From the NCBI GenBank assembly GCA_026981655.1, contig JALSIJ010000131.1, positions 3,217-67,216 on the forward strand: 64,000 nucleotides of DNA. The letters run 5' to 3'. Both the position numbers and the translations under genes were made by a program. The stretch comes from Rhizobiaceae bacterium (GTDB lineage Bacteria > Pseudomonadota > Alphaproteobacteria > Rhizobiales > Rhizobiaceae). This document shows, one piece after another, positions 19,273 through 28,172 of the stretch; the first letter of the stretch is position 1, and every line of letters starts with the position of its first letter. Below the pieces are notes generated by a model, which saw only the letters and a program-made list of their open reading frames with translations, had not been told where the DNA came from and made no database searches.

Positions 19273-20198
19273 TTGCCACTCTTCTTGGGATCGAGCACAT
19301 CACGCAGCCCATCACCCAGTAGATTGAACGCCAGTGATACGGTGAAAATTGCCAGGCCGGGCATGGTGGCAACCCACCAGTGATCGAGAATAAACTGACG
19401 TCCGGCTGAAATCATCGCGCCCCATTCGGGTGAGGGAGGTTGTGCGCCAAGGCCCAAAAATCCAAGGCCGGCTGCGGTTAAAATTATGCCGGCCATATCC
19501 AGCGTTACCCGGATAACTAACGAGGATATGCAAAGCGGCCAAATATGCTTTGTTATCACCCTAAGGGCACCGGCGCCCTGTAATTTGATGGCGTGAATAT
19601 AATCAGCATTGCGAATGGTCAGGGTCTCGGCGCGGGCAATCCGCGCATAGGGCGGCCAGGCGGTCAAGACGATGGCGAGCACCGCATTTTCAATGCCGGC
19701 ACCAAGCGCCGATACAAATGCGAGTGCCAGAACCAGACGTGGAAAGGCCAGAAAAATATCGGTTATGCGCATCAGCACAACATCAACCCAGCCACCAAGA
19801 TAACCGGCGGCAGTCCCAACAAACAGCCCGACAATGGGTGCCATCAAAGCAACCAGTGCGACAATATAAAGTGTAATGCGCGACCCATAGATGAGCCGGC
19901 TTAAAATATCACGGCCAAGCGAGTCTGATCCAAGGATATAGTTGTTTTCCCCCGGAGCAGAAAGCCTCAAGGCAAGGTCCTGGGCAAAAGGGTCATGCGG
20001 AGAAATGATCGGTGCGAATGCGGCGATTGCCAGCAAAAACAGCAAGATCATCAGGCCAAACATCGCCATTGGGTTTGATCGCAAAGCCAGCCATGAACGA
20101 TACCAGGCCGAAAATTTTGCCTGACGCCGCGAGGTTGGTGCATCGCTCGTTAGCCATTCCCGCAAGCTTGGTTTTTGATGTTTCGATATGTCGCTCAT
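19269..20198 (-). CDS. Dpp/Opp-type ABC transporter permease (DppC-like)
   Basis: 309-aa polytopic ORF with overlapping stop and start on both sides, in an operon with the ATPases. Confidence 0.88.
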   Translation of the reverse strand: MSDISKHQKPSLREWLTSDAPTSRRQAKFSAWYRSWLALRSNPMAMFGLMILLFLLAIAAFAPIISPHDPFAQDLALRLSAPGENNYILGSDSLGRDILSRLIYGSRITLYIVALVALMAPIVGLFVGTAAGYLGGWVDVVLMRITDIFLAFPRLVLALAFVSALGAGIENAVLAIVLTAWPPYARIARAETLTIRNADYIHAIKLQGAGALRVITKHIWPLCISSLVIRVTLDMAGIILTAAGLGFLGLGAQPPSPEWGAMISAGRQFILDHWWVATMPGLAIFTVSLAFNLLGDGLRDVLDPKKSGK

Positions 20199-21277
20199 TT
20201 GGATCTCGGATCAAAGTACTTATACAAAAGGTCAGAGAATATGTTGAGGCAGACAAATACCAGCCCAACCACAACGGTGCCACCCAAAACGGCGTTCATA
20301 TCGGCCGATAAAAGCGCCGTGGTAATATAGAGGCCAATACCCGGCCAGGAGAATATGGTTTCTGTCAACACCGAGCCTTCCAACAACCCGGCGTAGGAAA
20401 GGGCGATCACCGTAATCAACGGCACCTTCACATTGCCGAGTGCGTGTCGCCAGACAACCGCATGTTCCGACAGGCCTTTAACCCGTGCGGTGGTGATATA
20501 TTCCTGATCCAGCTGTTCCAGCATAAATGATCGTGTCATGCGGGAAATATAGGCCAGTGAATAATAGGCAAGCAGGCCTGCGGGCAAAATAATATGGGAT
20601 ACGGCATTCCAGAATACGTCGGTGTCGCCGGCAAGCAGGCTGTCGATTAATATCATACCGGTGACGGTTGGGATAATATCGACGTAGAAAATATCAAGCC
20701 GCCCGGGGCCGCCTATCCAGCCGAGTTTTCCGTAAAATACCAAAAGGCCGATCAGGCCAATCCAGAATACCGGCATTGAATATCCGATGAGGGCAACAAC
20801 ACGGGCGATATGGTCGATCCATGTACCTTGCTTGACGGCTGCGATAACGCCCAGTGGCACGCCAAGTGTTACGCCAATGATCGTGCCGACAGTGGCCAGT
20901 TCCAATGTGGCGGGGAATACTCGAATAAGGTCGTCTAATACGGGTCTTGCAGTAAGCAGGGATTCGCCAAAATCACCGCGAACCACGTCCCAAAGGAAAT
21001 AAAGAAATTGAACAATTACAGGCTTGTCGAGGCCCAGTTGCCGGTAGGCTTCGTCATAGGTGGATTTTGAGGCACTTTCGCCAACAATAGACAAGACCGG
21101 GTCAATCGGCATAACCCTGCCGATAATGAAAGTAATGAACAACAGGCCAATCATGGTGATTGCGACAGTAAACGCAATGCGGCCAAAACCCATTATCCAA
21201 GGAGAAAAAGACGACTTTCGCCGCCTTTTCCGTTGTTCTTGATCAGTGGTTAATGCCACTTTTTTCAGCCTTGCCAA
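20195..21277 (-). CDS. Dpp/Opp-type ABC transporter permease (DppB-like)
   Basis: 360-aa polytopic ORF. The ORF-track start is a TTG abutting the binding-protein stop. An alternative ATG at 21193 would remove a basic N-terminal extension. The start is uncertain. Confidence 0.85.
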   Translation of the reverse strand: MARLKKVALTTDQEQRKRRRKSSFSPWIMGFGRIAFTVAITMIGLLFITFIIGRVMPIDPVLSIVGESASKSTYDEAYRQLGLDKPVIVQFLYFLWDVVRGDFGESLLTARPVLDDLIRVFPATLELATVGTIIGVTLGVPLGVIAAVKQGTWIDHIARVVALIGYSMPVFWIGLIGLLVFYGKLGWIGGPGRLDIFYVDIIPTVTGMILIDSLLAGDTDVFWNAVSHIILPAGLLAYYSLAYISRMTRSFMLEQLDQEYITTARVKGLSEHAVVWRHALGNVKVPLITVIALSYAGLLEGSVLTETIFSWPGIGLYITTALLSADMNAVLGGTVVVGLVFVCLNIFSDLLYKYFDPRSK

Positions 21278-22876
21278 TTATTTCGTAATTGGCCAGTAGG
21301 AAACGCCCGTGATAGCGCCGCCAGTATTAAGGCCTTTTACATTTGAGCGAATGCCGGTTTGTTCGATTTTTTGGAACATGATGGCAAACGGAGAGCGCTT
21401 TTGGTGCTCGCGCTGAATGGCTTCATACATGGCCGCACGTTTTTCGCGGTCACCTTCCTGAACAGCCGCTTTGGTGGCTTTTGACATTTCCGGTAATGCC
21501 CATGAATTACGCCAGGCCAACAGACCTGTTGCTTTTGCTTCGTCCGAATTATCCGGGTTAAAGGCAAATGTACCAGCATTGGTGTTTGGATCTGGATAAT
21601 CCGGGCCCCAGGCACCCACATAGATCTGATGTTCACGCGCACGGTAAACGCCAAGGGTTGCTTTTCCGGTTCCCACTTCCAAAGTTACTTTAATGTTGGC
21701 CTTGGCAAAGGTGTTTTGCAGTGACTGGGCAATCTCGATACGTTCTTGCGCTTCACGCACATTGATTTTCACGTCAAACCCGTCTTCTACACCGGCTTCC
21801 TTAAGGAGTGCCTTGGCTTTTTCAATATTCAGGCTGTAGGGCTTGTCATCAATTTCGCCCAAGTAGGTACGCGGCAAAAATGCCTGATGAATGGTGTACT
21901 GACCCTTAAGGAATGAATCCTGCATACCCTTATAGTCGATGAGGTATTTAAGTGCCTCAACAACTTTTGGCTTGGAAAGATTTGGGTCTTTCTGGTTCAT
22001 GGAAATATACATCAACCGACCGCGTAGATCGCTCAAGATAGAAATGCCATCTTTGCTGCCTGCACCGGCAACATCCTGCGGGTTGAGGTTACGGGCAATA
22101 TCAATGTCGCCTTTTTCCAACAACAGGCGTTGGGTGGCGGATTCTTGAATATGACGAACAATTACGCGTTCAATTTTTGGCGCGCCGCCATAATAATCAG
22201 CAAATGAAGTCAGTGAATAGGATTCATTTGGCTTCCAGTTGACCAGCTTGTAAGGGCCAGAGCCTGCGGTGTTGGTTTTAAGCCAGTCATTGCCCATGTC
22301 GCCATCTTTTTCATGGGACATAACTGTTTTAGAATCGACAATGCCACCGATTGTTGCGGTCAGGCAGTTCAATACAAATGATGTGGCGTATTTTGCATCA
22401 GTTGTGATGGAAAATGTCATATCATCAATCTGCTTGATGGTTTGGTCGGCATTCTCGGCTGAAAAACCAAACTGGGTAAGAATAAAGGCCGGTGTTTTAT
22501 TGAGCTTCACCGCACGTTGCAGCGAATATACCGCATCGGCTGCTGTAACCGGATTACCGGAATGGAATTTTACCCCTGCGCGCATTTTAAAGGTGATTGT
22601 CTTGCCATCTTCAGAAACGGTCCAGCTTTCGGCCAGATCAGGCTGATAGCCTTTTGAGAAGTCAGCAGGGTCAAAGTTAACCAGCTTGCTGTACACATTG
22701 CGGGAAAGGTCGCCGCCAGCAAATTCGAAGGATTGCGCCGGGTCCATTGTGGTAATGTCGTCAATACGGTTGGCGATAACCAGAATATTATCGGGTGTGG
22801 CTGCAAAGGTGGCTGGTGCGGTTGCAACAATTGCTACGGCTGCTACGCCGAGCATTAAGCTTTTGAATGTATTCAT
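21278..22876 (-). CDS. ABC transporter substrate-binding protein, family 5 (DppA/OppA-like)
   Basis: Start moved to the ATG at 22876 (MNTFKSLMLGVAAVAIVATAPATFA signal peptide) with a GGAGAA Shine-Dalgarno upstream. 532 aa. Confidence 0.9.
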   Translation of the reverse strand: MNTFKSLMLGVAAVAIVATAPATFAATPDNILVIANRIDDITTMDPAQSFEFAGGDLSRNVYSKLVNFDPADFSKGYQPDLAESWTVSEDGKTITFKMRAGVKFHSGNPVTAADAVYSLQRAVKLNKTPAFILTQFGFSAENADQTIKQIDDMTFSITTDAKYATSFVLNCLTATIGGIVDSKTVMSHEKDGDMGNDWLKTNTAGSGPYKLVNWKPNESYSLTSFADYYGGAPKIERVIVRHIQESATQRLLLEKGDIDIARNLNPQDVAGAGSKDGISILSDLRGRLMYISMNQKDPNLSKPKVVEALKYLIDYKGMQDSFLKGQYTIHQAFLPRTYLGEIDDKPYSLNIEKAKALLKEAGVEDGFDVKINVREAQERIEIAQSLQNTFAKANIKVTLEVGTGKATLGVYRAREHQIYVGAWGPDYPDPNTNAGTFAFNPDNSDEAKATGLLAWRNSWALPEMSKATKAAVQEGDREKRAAMYEAIQREHQKRSPFAIMFQKIEQTGIRSNVKGLNTGGAITGVSYWPITK

Positions 22877-23028
22877 AATTTTCTCCCTGATACAAAATAC
22901 AATTCCCACCGTGGTTAACATGTTTGCTTTTGTCAATGGTGGGTCACATCTGTGTGTAATCAGCTTAACCGTCCAGTCAGGTTTGACAAGTGTTTTTATC
23001 TTCAAAGTTCCTGACTGCTATATATTGG

Positions 23029-24099
23029 CTATTCGCCAAAGGTTTTTTCCATCACCCTGATCCAGTTGCCATGGCAAAGTTTGGTCATGGTTTCCTTATC
23101 ATAACCGCGCTTGCGCATGGCTTGTCGAAGTGATGTTAAGCCCGTGACGTCCTTAATTTCCTCCGGTATCATTGCGCCATCAAAGTCCGACCCAAAACCA
23201 ACGCCATCAATGCCCACATGCTCGATCAGATGGTCCATATGGCGCAACATCTCATCAATGCTGGTGTCCGAGCGCATTTTCCCATCTGGCCTGATAAAGG
23301 CGGTGGCAAAATTAACCCCAACCATACCACCGCTTTCACGAATTGCTGCCAGTTGTTTGTTGGTCAGGTTTCTTGAATGCGGACAAATTTCGTGGGCATT
23401 TGAATGGGTGGCAATCAATGGTGCATCAGAAATGCTTGCAACATCCCAAAACCCAACCTCGTTCAAATGGGACAGATCAATGACCATTTTGAAGAAATTG
23501 CACTGGCGAATGAGTTCTTTGCCGCTATCGGTCAGGCCGGGGCCGGTATCCGGCGATCCTGGATAACGAAAAGGCACGCCGTGGCCGAAGCGGGTTGTGC
23601 GGCTCCAGACCGGCCCGATGGAGCGCAAGCCAGCATTGTAAAAAATTTCCAGCGAGTTGAAATCTTCATCAATCGCTTCAGCTCCTTCGATATGCATGAT
23701 CATGGCAATTGAGCCGTAGCGGATACAGTCGCGAACATCCTGTGCACTACGGCAAATCTTTGCCGCCCCACCTGATTGCCGTTCAATGCGGGCAAGAATT
23801 GCGGCCATTGAAAAGAAATGCGGCAGGGCCTTATCCATTGGAATTTCCGGTGGCATTGCCAGATCGTATGGCGGGTTATTCATTTCCTCATATCGAAGCG
23901 CATTGTCTTGCATGGATGGCACATAAATCGCAAAAAACCCGCCGCCAAAGCCGCCTTTTTTCATTCGGGGAAGGTCCAGGTGACCGCCGCGTTCTCCATT
24001 TAAGAATTTATCCAGCGCATCTTCATCATTTGACATGTGGATGCGCAGAAGAACATCGTTATGACCATCAAAAATTAATGGAAATTGGCTTTCATCCAT
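23029..24099 (-). CDS. Membrane (renal-type) dipeptidase, peptidase family M19
   Basis: 356 aa. Has IFDGHNDVLL at the N-terminus, plus HLNEVGFWD, THSNAH and GFGSDFDG. First gene of the Dpp-type operon. Confidence 0.88.
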   Translation of the reverse strand: MDESQFPLIFDGHNDVLLRIHMSNDEDALDKFLNGERGGHLDLPRMKKGGFGGGFFAIYVPSMQDNALRYEEMNNPPYDLAMPPEIPMDKALPHFFSMAAILARIERQSGGAAKICRSAQDVRDCIRYGSIAMIMHIEGAEAIDEDFNSLEIFYNAGLRSIGPVWSRTTRFGHGVPFRYPGSPDTGPGLTDSGKELIRQCNFFKMVIDLSHLNEVGFWDVASISDAPLIATHSNAHEICPHSRNLTNKQLAAIRESGGMVGVNFATAFIRPDGKMRSDTSIDEMLRHMDHLIEHVGIDGVGFGSDFDGAMIPEEIKDVTGLTSLRQAMRKRGYDKETMTKLCHGNWIRVMEKTFGE

Positions 24100-24227
24100 A
24101 GGGTGGGCCTTTGAAAATCGCGATTGCGGGAAAATGTTTTATTGGTATCAACGATAAGGGGCTGTTGCCTTGTCTTGCAAGTGTGTAATTTCGATTTTAT
24201 AGTTTCACATTTTGGGAGATTGTTTAC

Positions 24228-24698
24228 TTGGACGGACCAGAACCTGTAATTCGAGCCGCTAAAGGTGATGACCTTTCAGCAATTATTGCGCTTTTGGCCG
24301 ATGATCTGCTTGGCAAGTCGCGCGAGGATATATCCGTTCCGCCAAACCAGAAATACCTCTGTGCATTTGCTGCCATCGAGCGGGATCAAAATCAGCTTCT
24401 AGCCGTTGTGGAAATTGAAAATACCATTGCCGGTTGCTTGCAAGTGAGTTTCATCCCGGGGCTTTCACGGCTCGGCATGTGGCGGGCGCAAATCGAAAGT
24501 GTTCGCATAGAGGCTCGTTTTCGTGATCACGGTCTGGGGCAATTAATGATCGAATGGGCTATCGGTGAAGCCGGGAAACGCGGCTGCGGTCTGGTGCAAT
24601 TAACCAGTGACAAGAAACGGCCCGAGGCAATTCATTTTTATCAAAAACTGGGGTTTATTGCGAGCCATGAAGGTATGAAACTAAGCTTGCCCGAATGA
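24228..24698 (+). CDS. GNAT family N-acetyltransferase
   Basis: 156 aa. Has an acetyl-CoA-binding-type motif (RFRDHGLGQLMIEWAIGEAGKRG) and FYQKLGF. TTG start per the ORF track. Confidence 0.8.
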   Translation: MDGPEPVIRAAKGDDLSAIIALLADDLLGKSREDISVPPNQKYLCAFAAIERDQNQLLAVVEIENTIAGCLQVSFIPGLSRLGMWRAQIESVRIEARFRDHGLGQLMIEWAIGEAGKRGCGLVQLTSDKKRPEAIHFYQKLGFIASHEGMKLSLPE

Positions 24699-24820
24699 CC
24701 TTGCCTCGTTTCGGTGCTTAGAATTGAAGTCGTAACTTCAGCCCTTGCCAAAAATACCAATCCGTGAATTACTCCGAGGTCAGGACTTAAAAACCTAAAG
24801 TTAGCTTGAGAGATTATGTA

Positions 24821-25702
24821 ATGAGTGATTTACCGGAATATACGCCCCCCAATGTATGGCAGTGGAATAAGGAAAATGGCGGCAAGTTCGCTAATATCAA
24901 TCGGCCGATTGCCGGTTCAACCCATGAAAAGGAATTGCCTATTGGCAAGCACCCTTTGCAGCTTTACTCTCTTGCTACCCCCAACGGGGTGAAGGTTACC
25001 ATAATGCTGGAAGAGCTTTTGGCGCTTGGGCACAAGGGGGCTGAATATGATGCATGGCTGATTAAAATTGGCGATGGTGATCAATTTGGTAGTGGATTCG
25101 TCGGTATAAATCCGAATTCCAAAATTCCGGCGATGATGGATCATAGTACCTCACCGCCGACAAGGGTTTTTGAATCAGGGGCGATTCTGCTTTATCTGGC
25201 TGAAAAATTTGGCGAGTTTCTACCAACGGATCATGCAAAGCGGACTGAATGTCTTTCCTGGCTGTTTTGGCTGATGGGAGCCGCCCCCTATCTGGGCGGT
25301 GGTTTTGGCCATTTTTATGCCTATGCACCGGTAAAAATTGAATATTGCATTGACCGGTTTGCGATGGAAGTTAAGCGCCAGCTGGATGTGCTTGATCGGC
25401 ATCTGGCGAAAAATGAATATATGGCGGGGGATGAATATTCAATCGCTGATATGGCCATCTGGCCCTGGTATGGATCGCTGGTTGCTAATGTCGTTTATGA
25501 GGCGGCGGAGTTTCTGGAAACTCACACATATACACATGTTAACCGCTGGAATTTACAGATTGCCGAGCGCCCTGCGGTTAAACGCGGCCGCATGGTGAAC
25601 CGTTCATTTGGCGAACCTTCTTCGCAATTGCACGAGCGCCATGAAGCCAGTGACTTTGATACGAAAACCCAGGATAAGATCGGTGAGAATAAAGCTGATT
25701 AG
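24821..25702 (+). CDS. Nu-class glutathione S-transferase (YghU-like)
   Basis: About 293 aa from the ATG at 24821. Has NRPIAGSTHEKELPIGKHPLQLYSLATPNGVKVTIMLEEL, typical of the YghU/YfcG class. Confidence 0.85.
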   Translation: MSDLPEYTPPNVWQWNKENGGKFANINRPIAGSTHEKELPIGKHPLQLYSLATPNGVKVTIMLEELLALGHKGAEYDAWLIKIGDGDQFGSGFVGINPNSKIPAMMDHSTSPPTRVFESGAILLYLAEKFGEFLPTDHAKRTECLSWLFWLMGAAPYLGGGFGHFYAYAPVKIEYCIDRFAMEVKRQLDVLDRHLAKNEYMAGDEYSIADMAIWPWYGSLVANVVYEAAEFLETHTYTHVNRWNLQIAERPAVKRGRMVNRSFGEPSSQLHERHEASDFDTKTQDKIGENKAD

Positions 25703-25772
25703 CGTCTGATTAAAAGGTGAATTTGGTAGTTGGATGATGGTGGAGGTGAGAGGAAAAACCTCGAGCCATCAT

Positions 25773-25840
25773 GGCAGCACAAGTGCTGCTGGGCGGCCAG
25801 CCCGCGCCATCGCAGGCTTGAGCAAAGCGAATGCCGTGAG
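25773..25840 (+). repeat. Structured intergenic repeat, partial copy E (plus orientation)
   Basis: Hairpin GCAGCAC-aa-GTGCTGC lies at 25774-25789, followed by GC-rich segments. The 3' block GCAAAGCGAATGCCGTGAG aligns with GCAAGGAACAGCCGTGAGCG of copy A. It ends 10 nt from the tRNA 3' end. Confidence 0.5.
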
Positions 25841-25850
25841 ATATGTGAAA

Positions 25851-25927
25851 TGGTGACCCCAAGTGGATTCGAACCACTGGCCTCAAGATTAGGAATCTTG
25901 CGCTCTATCCTGCTGAGCTATGGGGCC
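25851..25927 (-). tRNA. tRNA-Arg (anticodon CCT)
   Basis: The reverse complement is GGCCCCATAGCTCAGCAGGATAGAGCGCAAGATTCCTAATCTTGAGGCCAGTGGTTCGAATCCACTTGGGGTCACCA, which folds as a cloverleaf. It has a 7-bp acceptor stem, anticodon stem CAAGA/TCTTG with loop TTCCTAA, T-loop GGTTCGAATCC and an encoded CCA. Confidence 0.95.
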
Positions 25928-26040
25928 GGTTTTGTGCTGTAACGATTATGATGGGCCGCATGATTTGCAGCCATCAACTGGCGCTTAAATATCGGACTAT
26001 TTAATACCATTCAACAGGTGATGCGAGTTATTTGTTTGTG

Positions 26041-26160
26041 ACGCCACATTCTATAGCTTTCGTTCGCGGCTGTTTGCTGCTGCGCACCAGCCCTCCCCCT
26101 CGGTAAGTTCAGGAGGAGCGATGCATTAGACTACGTCATGTTTACATGGAAGATTCTAAA
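26041..26160 (-). repeat. Structured intergenic repeat, diverged copy C (minus orientation)
   Basis: Has a degenerate core TTCGTTCGCGGC at 26059-26070. CATGTTTACATGGAAGATTCTAAA at 26138-26160 parallels CATGTAAACATGAAAGACTCTAA of copy D. Confidence 0.55.
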
Positions 26161-26189
26161 CATCTTGGGGTTGGAGAAACTGTAAAATT

Positions 26190-26678
26190 TTAATGCCGGG
26201 AAAGGCGTTCCAACAGGTTTTTTAATTCAAGTTTCTCATCATTATTTAGCCCGCCATCAAAGTCCGGCTCGCATTTTTTCATATCCTGCTTGCACTCATC
26301 AAACAGTTCAATGCCAAAATCGGTGATGAATACCAGAACCCGGCGATTGTCGTTTTCGTCTTGCTTACGATGAACCAGCGCGCGGGAAACCATGCGGTCG
26401 ATGGTTTTCGACAGGGCGGAAAAACTCATCAAAACCTGATCGCACATGGAGCCTACCGCATGGCCCTCACCATCTGATAGCATGGACAGGATACGCCATT
26501 GCTCAACCGGTAACTTTCGGGATTTCAAGGTGTCGAGCAATCTGTTGTTTACGTGTTTATGCGCCCTTGCCAAAGCAAAGGCGAGGTCATCAGATTGGGC
26601 CAATTTGCTGCGGTCGGGCACCTGATTGTCTCCAGATATTCTAATGTGAATTTGCACGAATAGTTTGCAAATCAGCAA
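26190..26678 (-). CDS. MarR family transcriptional regulator
   Basis: About 155-162 aa. Has a winged-HTH pattern (LPVEQWRILSMLSDGEG...SALSKTIDRMVSRALVHRKQDENDNRRVLVFITDFG). There is no in-frame ATG near the 5' end, so the start is TTG 26678 or GTG 26657. Confidence 0.8.
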   Translation of the reverse strand: MLICKLFVQIHIRISGDNQVPDRSKLAQSDDLAFALARAHKHVNNRLLDTLKSRKLPVEQWRILSMLSDGEGHAVGSMCDQVLMSFSALSKTIDRMVSRALVHRKQDENDNRRVLVFITDFGIELFDECKQDMKKCEPDFDGGLNNDEKLELKNLLERLSRH

Positions 26679-26857
26679 TTTACTTTCCTGTTCAAATAAT
26701 CATGAATTTGATAATCGTCAACAGATTCCGTTGAGTGGGCCCCAATAAACACCTAAAATTTACATTGTGTAATTGCGAAATTCATCGCAGACTGATGCGG
26801 CTTGAGCATAACAAAAAACCGCCGGGCGACTATATTACGGGAGATATATGCGCATAT

Positions 26858-27943
26858 ATGAGGCGACCAACCAGCTCAATTTCTTCAAGGCGTTCAGACC
26901 TGCTTAGCGTTGGATTGTTTATTCCAACCAGTGGTGCCGCTGGTATTTGGGGGCCGTCCTGCCGGGCCTGCGCGGAAATTGCTTCGGCTGAAATTAATCA
27001 GGCCGGCGGAATTAATGGCCGTGAAGTGGTTTTAAAAATATTTGACGCAGGCGATACGCCGGCAATGGTTGCGGGCGCGGCCGAGGATTGTTTTTTCGAC
27101 GGTGAGATTGATGCAATTGTCGGCATGCATACCAGCGATGTTCGTGAGGCGTTGGCAGGGGCCATTGGTAGTAAACTGCCTTATGTTTACACGCCGCTTT
27201 ATGAGGGCGGCGAGCGCACGCCCGGGGTTTTTTGCATTGGAGAAACACCTGCCATGCAATTGCTGCCGGCGGCCAGTGGGCTTTCCGAGCGTTATAAACT
27301 CAAGCGCTGGTATCTGGTTGGAAATGATTATATCTGGCCGCGCGCCAGCAATGCGGTTTTCCGTAGAAATCTTGCTACCACCGGCGGCACGATCTGTGGT
27401 GAGAAATATCTGCCATTTGGTACGACCGATTTTGGTGATCTTTTGGATGACATTGCCGAAAGCAAGGCCGATGCGGTTTTGGTGTCGCTGGTGGGGAGCG
27501 ATACAATTCAATTCAACAAACAATTTGGCCGCTCGAAAATCGTGCAGAAAATATTGCGGCTATCCTGTGCGATCGAGGAAAATGTTCTTTTAGGCATTGG
27601 GTCTGATTATAGCGATGGGCTGTTTGCGGTTTCGGGCTATTTCAGTGACATCAACACGGCGAAAAACAATTCATTCAAGGAACGCTATCACACGCGATAT
27701 GGTGCGCCCGGGCCGCAGCTTAATTCCATCGGTCAGTCGATCTATGAAGGTATGCATTTTTTGAAGGCGCTTTCGGTTGAAAGTGAAACCACCGATTGGC
27801 GACAGGCAGATCAGAATATTGCCTATAATGGGACGCGAGATGCGGTGTTTTCCGCAAAGCAGGGCATGAACTCGACCATATTTCTAGCCGAGGCACATGG
27901 GCACAATCTGAAGGTCGTCGAAAGTTATCCGCTTAGCCGTTAG
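26858..27943 (+). CDS. AmiC-like cytoplasmic amide-binding sensor (type 1 periplasmic-binding-protein fold, no signal peptide)
   Basis: Blocks recalled from Pseudomonas AmiC are present: YTPLYEGGE against YPTPYEGFE, and VGNDYIWPRASN against IGSDYIYPRESN, with ADAVLVSLVGSD. The N-terminus (MRRPTSSISSRRSD) has no hydrophobic signal. Start chosen at the ATG at 26858. Confidence 0.75.
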   Translation: MRRPTSSISSRRSDLLSVGLFIPTSGAAGIWGPSCRACAEIASAEINQAGGINGREVVLKIFDAGDTPAMVAGAAEDCFFDGEIDAIVGMHTSDVREALAGAIGSKLPYVYTPLYEGGERTPGVFCIGETPAMQLLPAASGLSERYKLKRWYLVGNDYIWPRASNAVFRRNLATTGGTICGEKYLPFGTTDFGDLLDDIAESKADAVLVSLVGSDTIQFNKQFGRSKIVQKILRLSCAIEENVLLGIGSDYSDGLFAVSGYFSDINTAKNNSFKERYHTRYGAPGPQLNSIGQSIYEGMHFLKALSVESETTDWRQADQNIAYNGTRDAVFSAKQGMNSTIFLAEAHGHNLKVVESYPLSR

Positions 27944-28062
27944 GACCTGCTCTGATTAATTTTGGTCAGGGCATTTTTACTTTCCTAGGAAAATAAAAAT
28001 TGACTTCGAATGTTATTCGGTCAATTCTCGCGTTTGACCAAGGCTTGCTGATCAATCGTTTG

Positions 28063-28109
28063 AGGCAGGTTTTAGGTGAGTGCATAATTTCGCCTGCCTT
28101 TCGGTTTTT
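28063..28109 (+). terminator. Possible rho-independent terminator downstream of the AmiC-like gene
   Basis: AGGCAGG (28063-28069) pairs with CCTGCCT (28093-28099) and is followed by TTCGGTTTTT. The loop is long, at 23 nt. Confidence 0.4.
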
Positions 28110-28172
28110 AATTTGAGTTGCCCAATAAATGATCACGGGGAATGGCAACGGGGAACACTAACGGGATTGGTA

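Noticed and set aside
22877-23005. N-terminal extensions in the ORF track. Examples are the first 43 codons of the DppA-like ORF, and the extensions at 3022-3090, 24806-24820, 26735-26857, 28080-28172, 29689-29775, 35959-36078, 44672-44695, 48801-48860, 58965-59015 and 63625-63651.
   Set aside because: In each case an internal ATG gives the canonical N-terminus (a signal peptide or a family-typical first residues). Most have a good Shine-Dalgarno. The upstream codons overlap neighbouring genes or regulatory RNA.
23029-25927. A genomic island integrated at the 3' end of tRNA-Arg.
   Set aside because: No integrase, direct repeat of the tRNA 3' end, or mobility gene was seen on either side. The neighbouring genes (GST, GNAT, dipeptidase/Dpp operon, marR) look like ordinary chromosomal content.
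25730-25942. A 70-aa plus-strand ORF.
   Set aside because: It overlaps the tRNA-Arg gene and repeat copy E, so it is an artefact of the structured RNA and repeat sequence.
26085-26125. The CCCTCCCCCT / GGAGGAG motifs inside repeat copy C might mark an anti-Shine-Dalgarno small RNA of the alphaproteobacterial type.
   Set aside because: It occurs only once, inside a diverged repeat copy. No promoter or terminator is visible, and I cannot align it to any sRNA family from memory.
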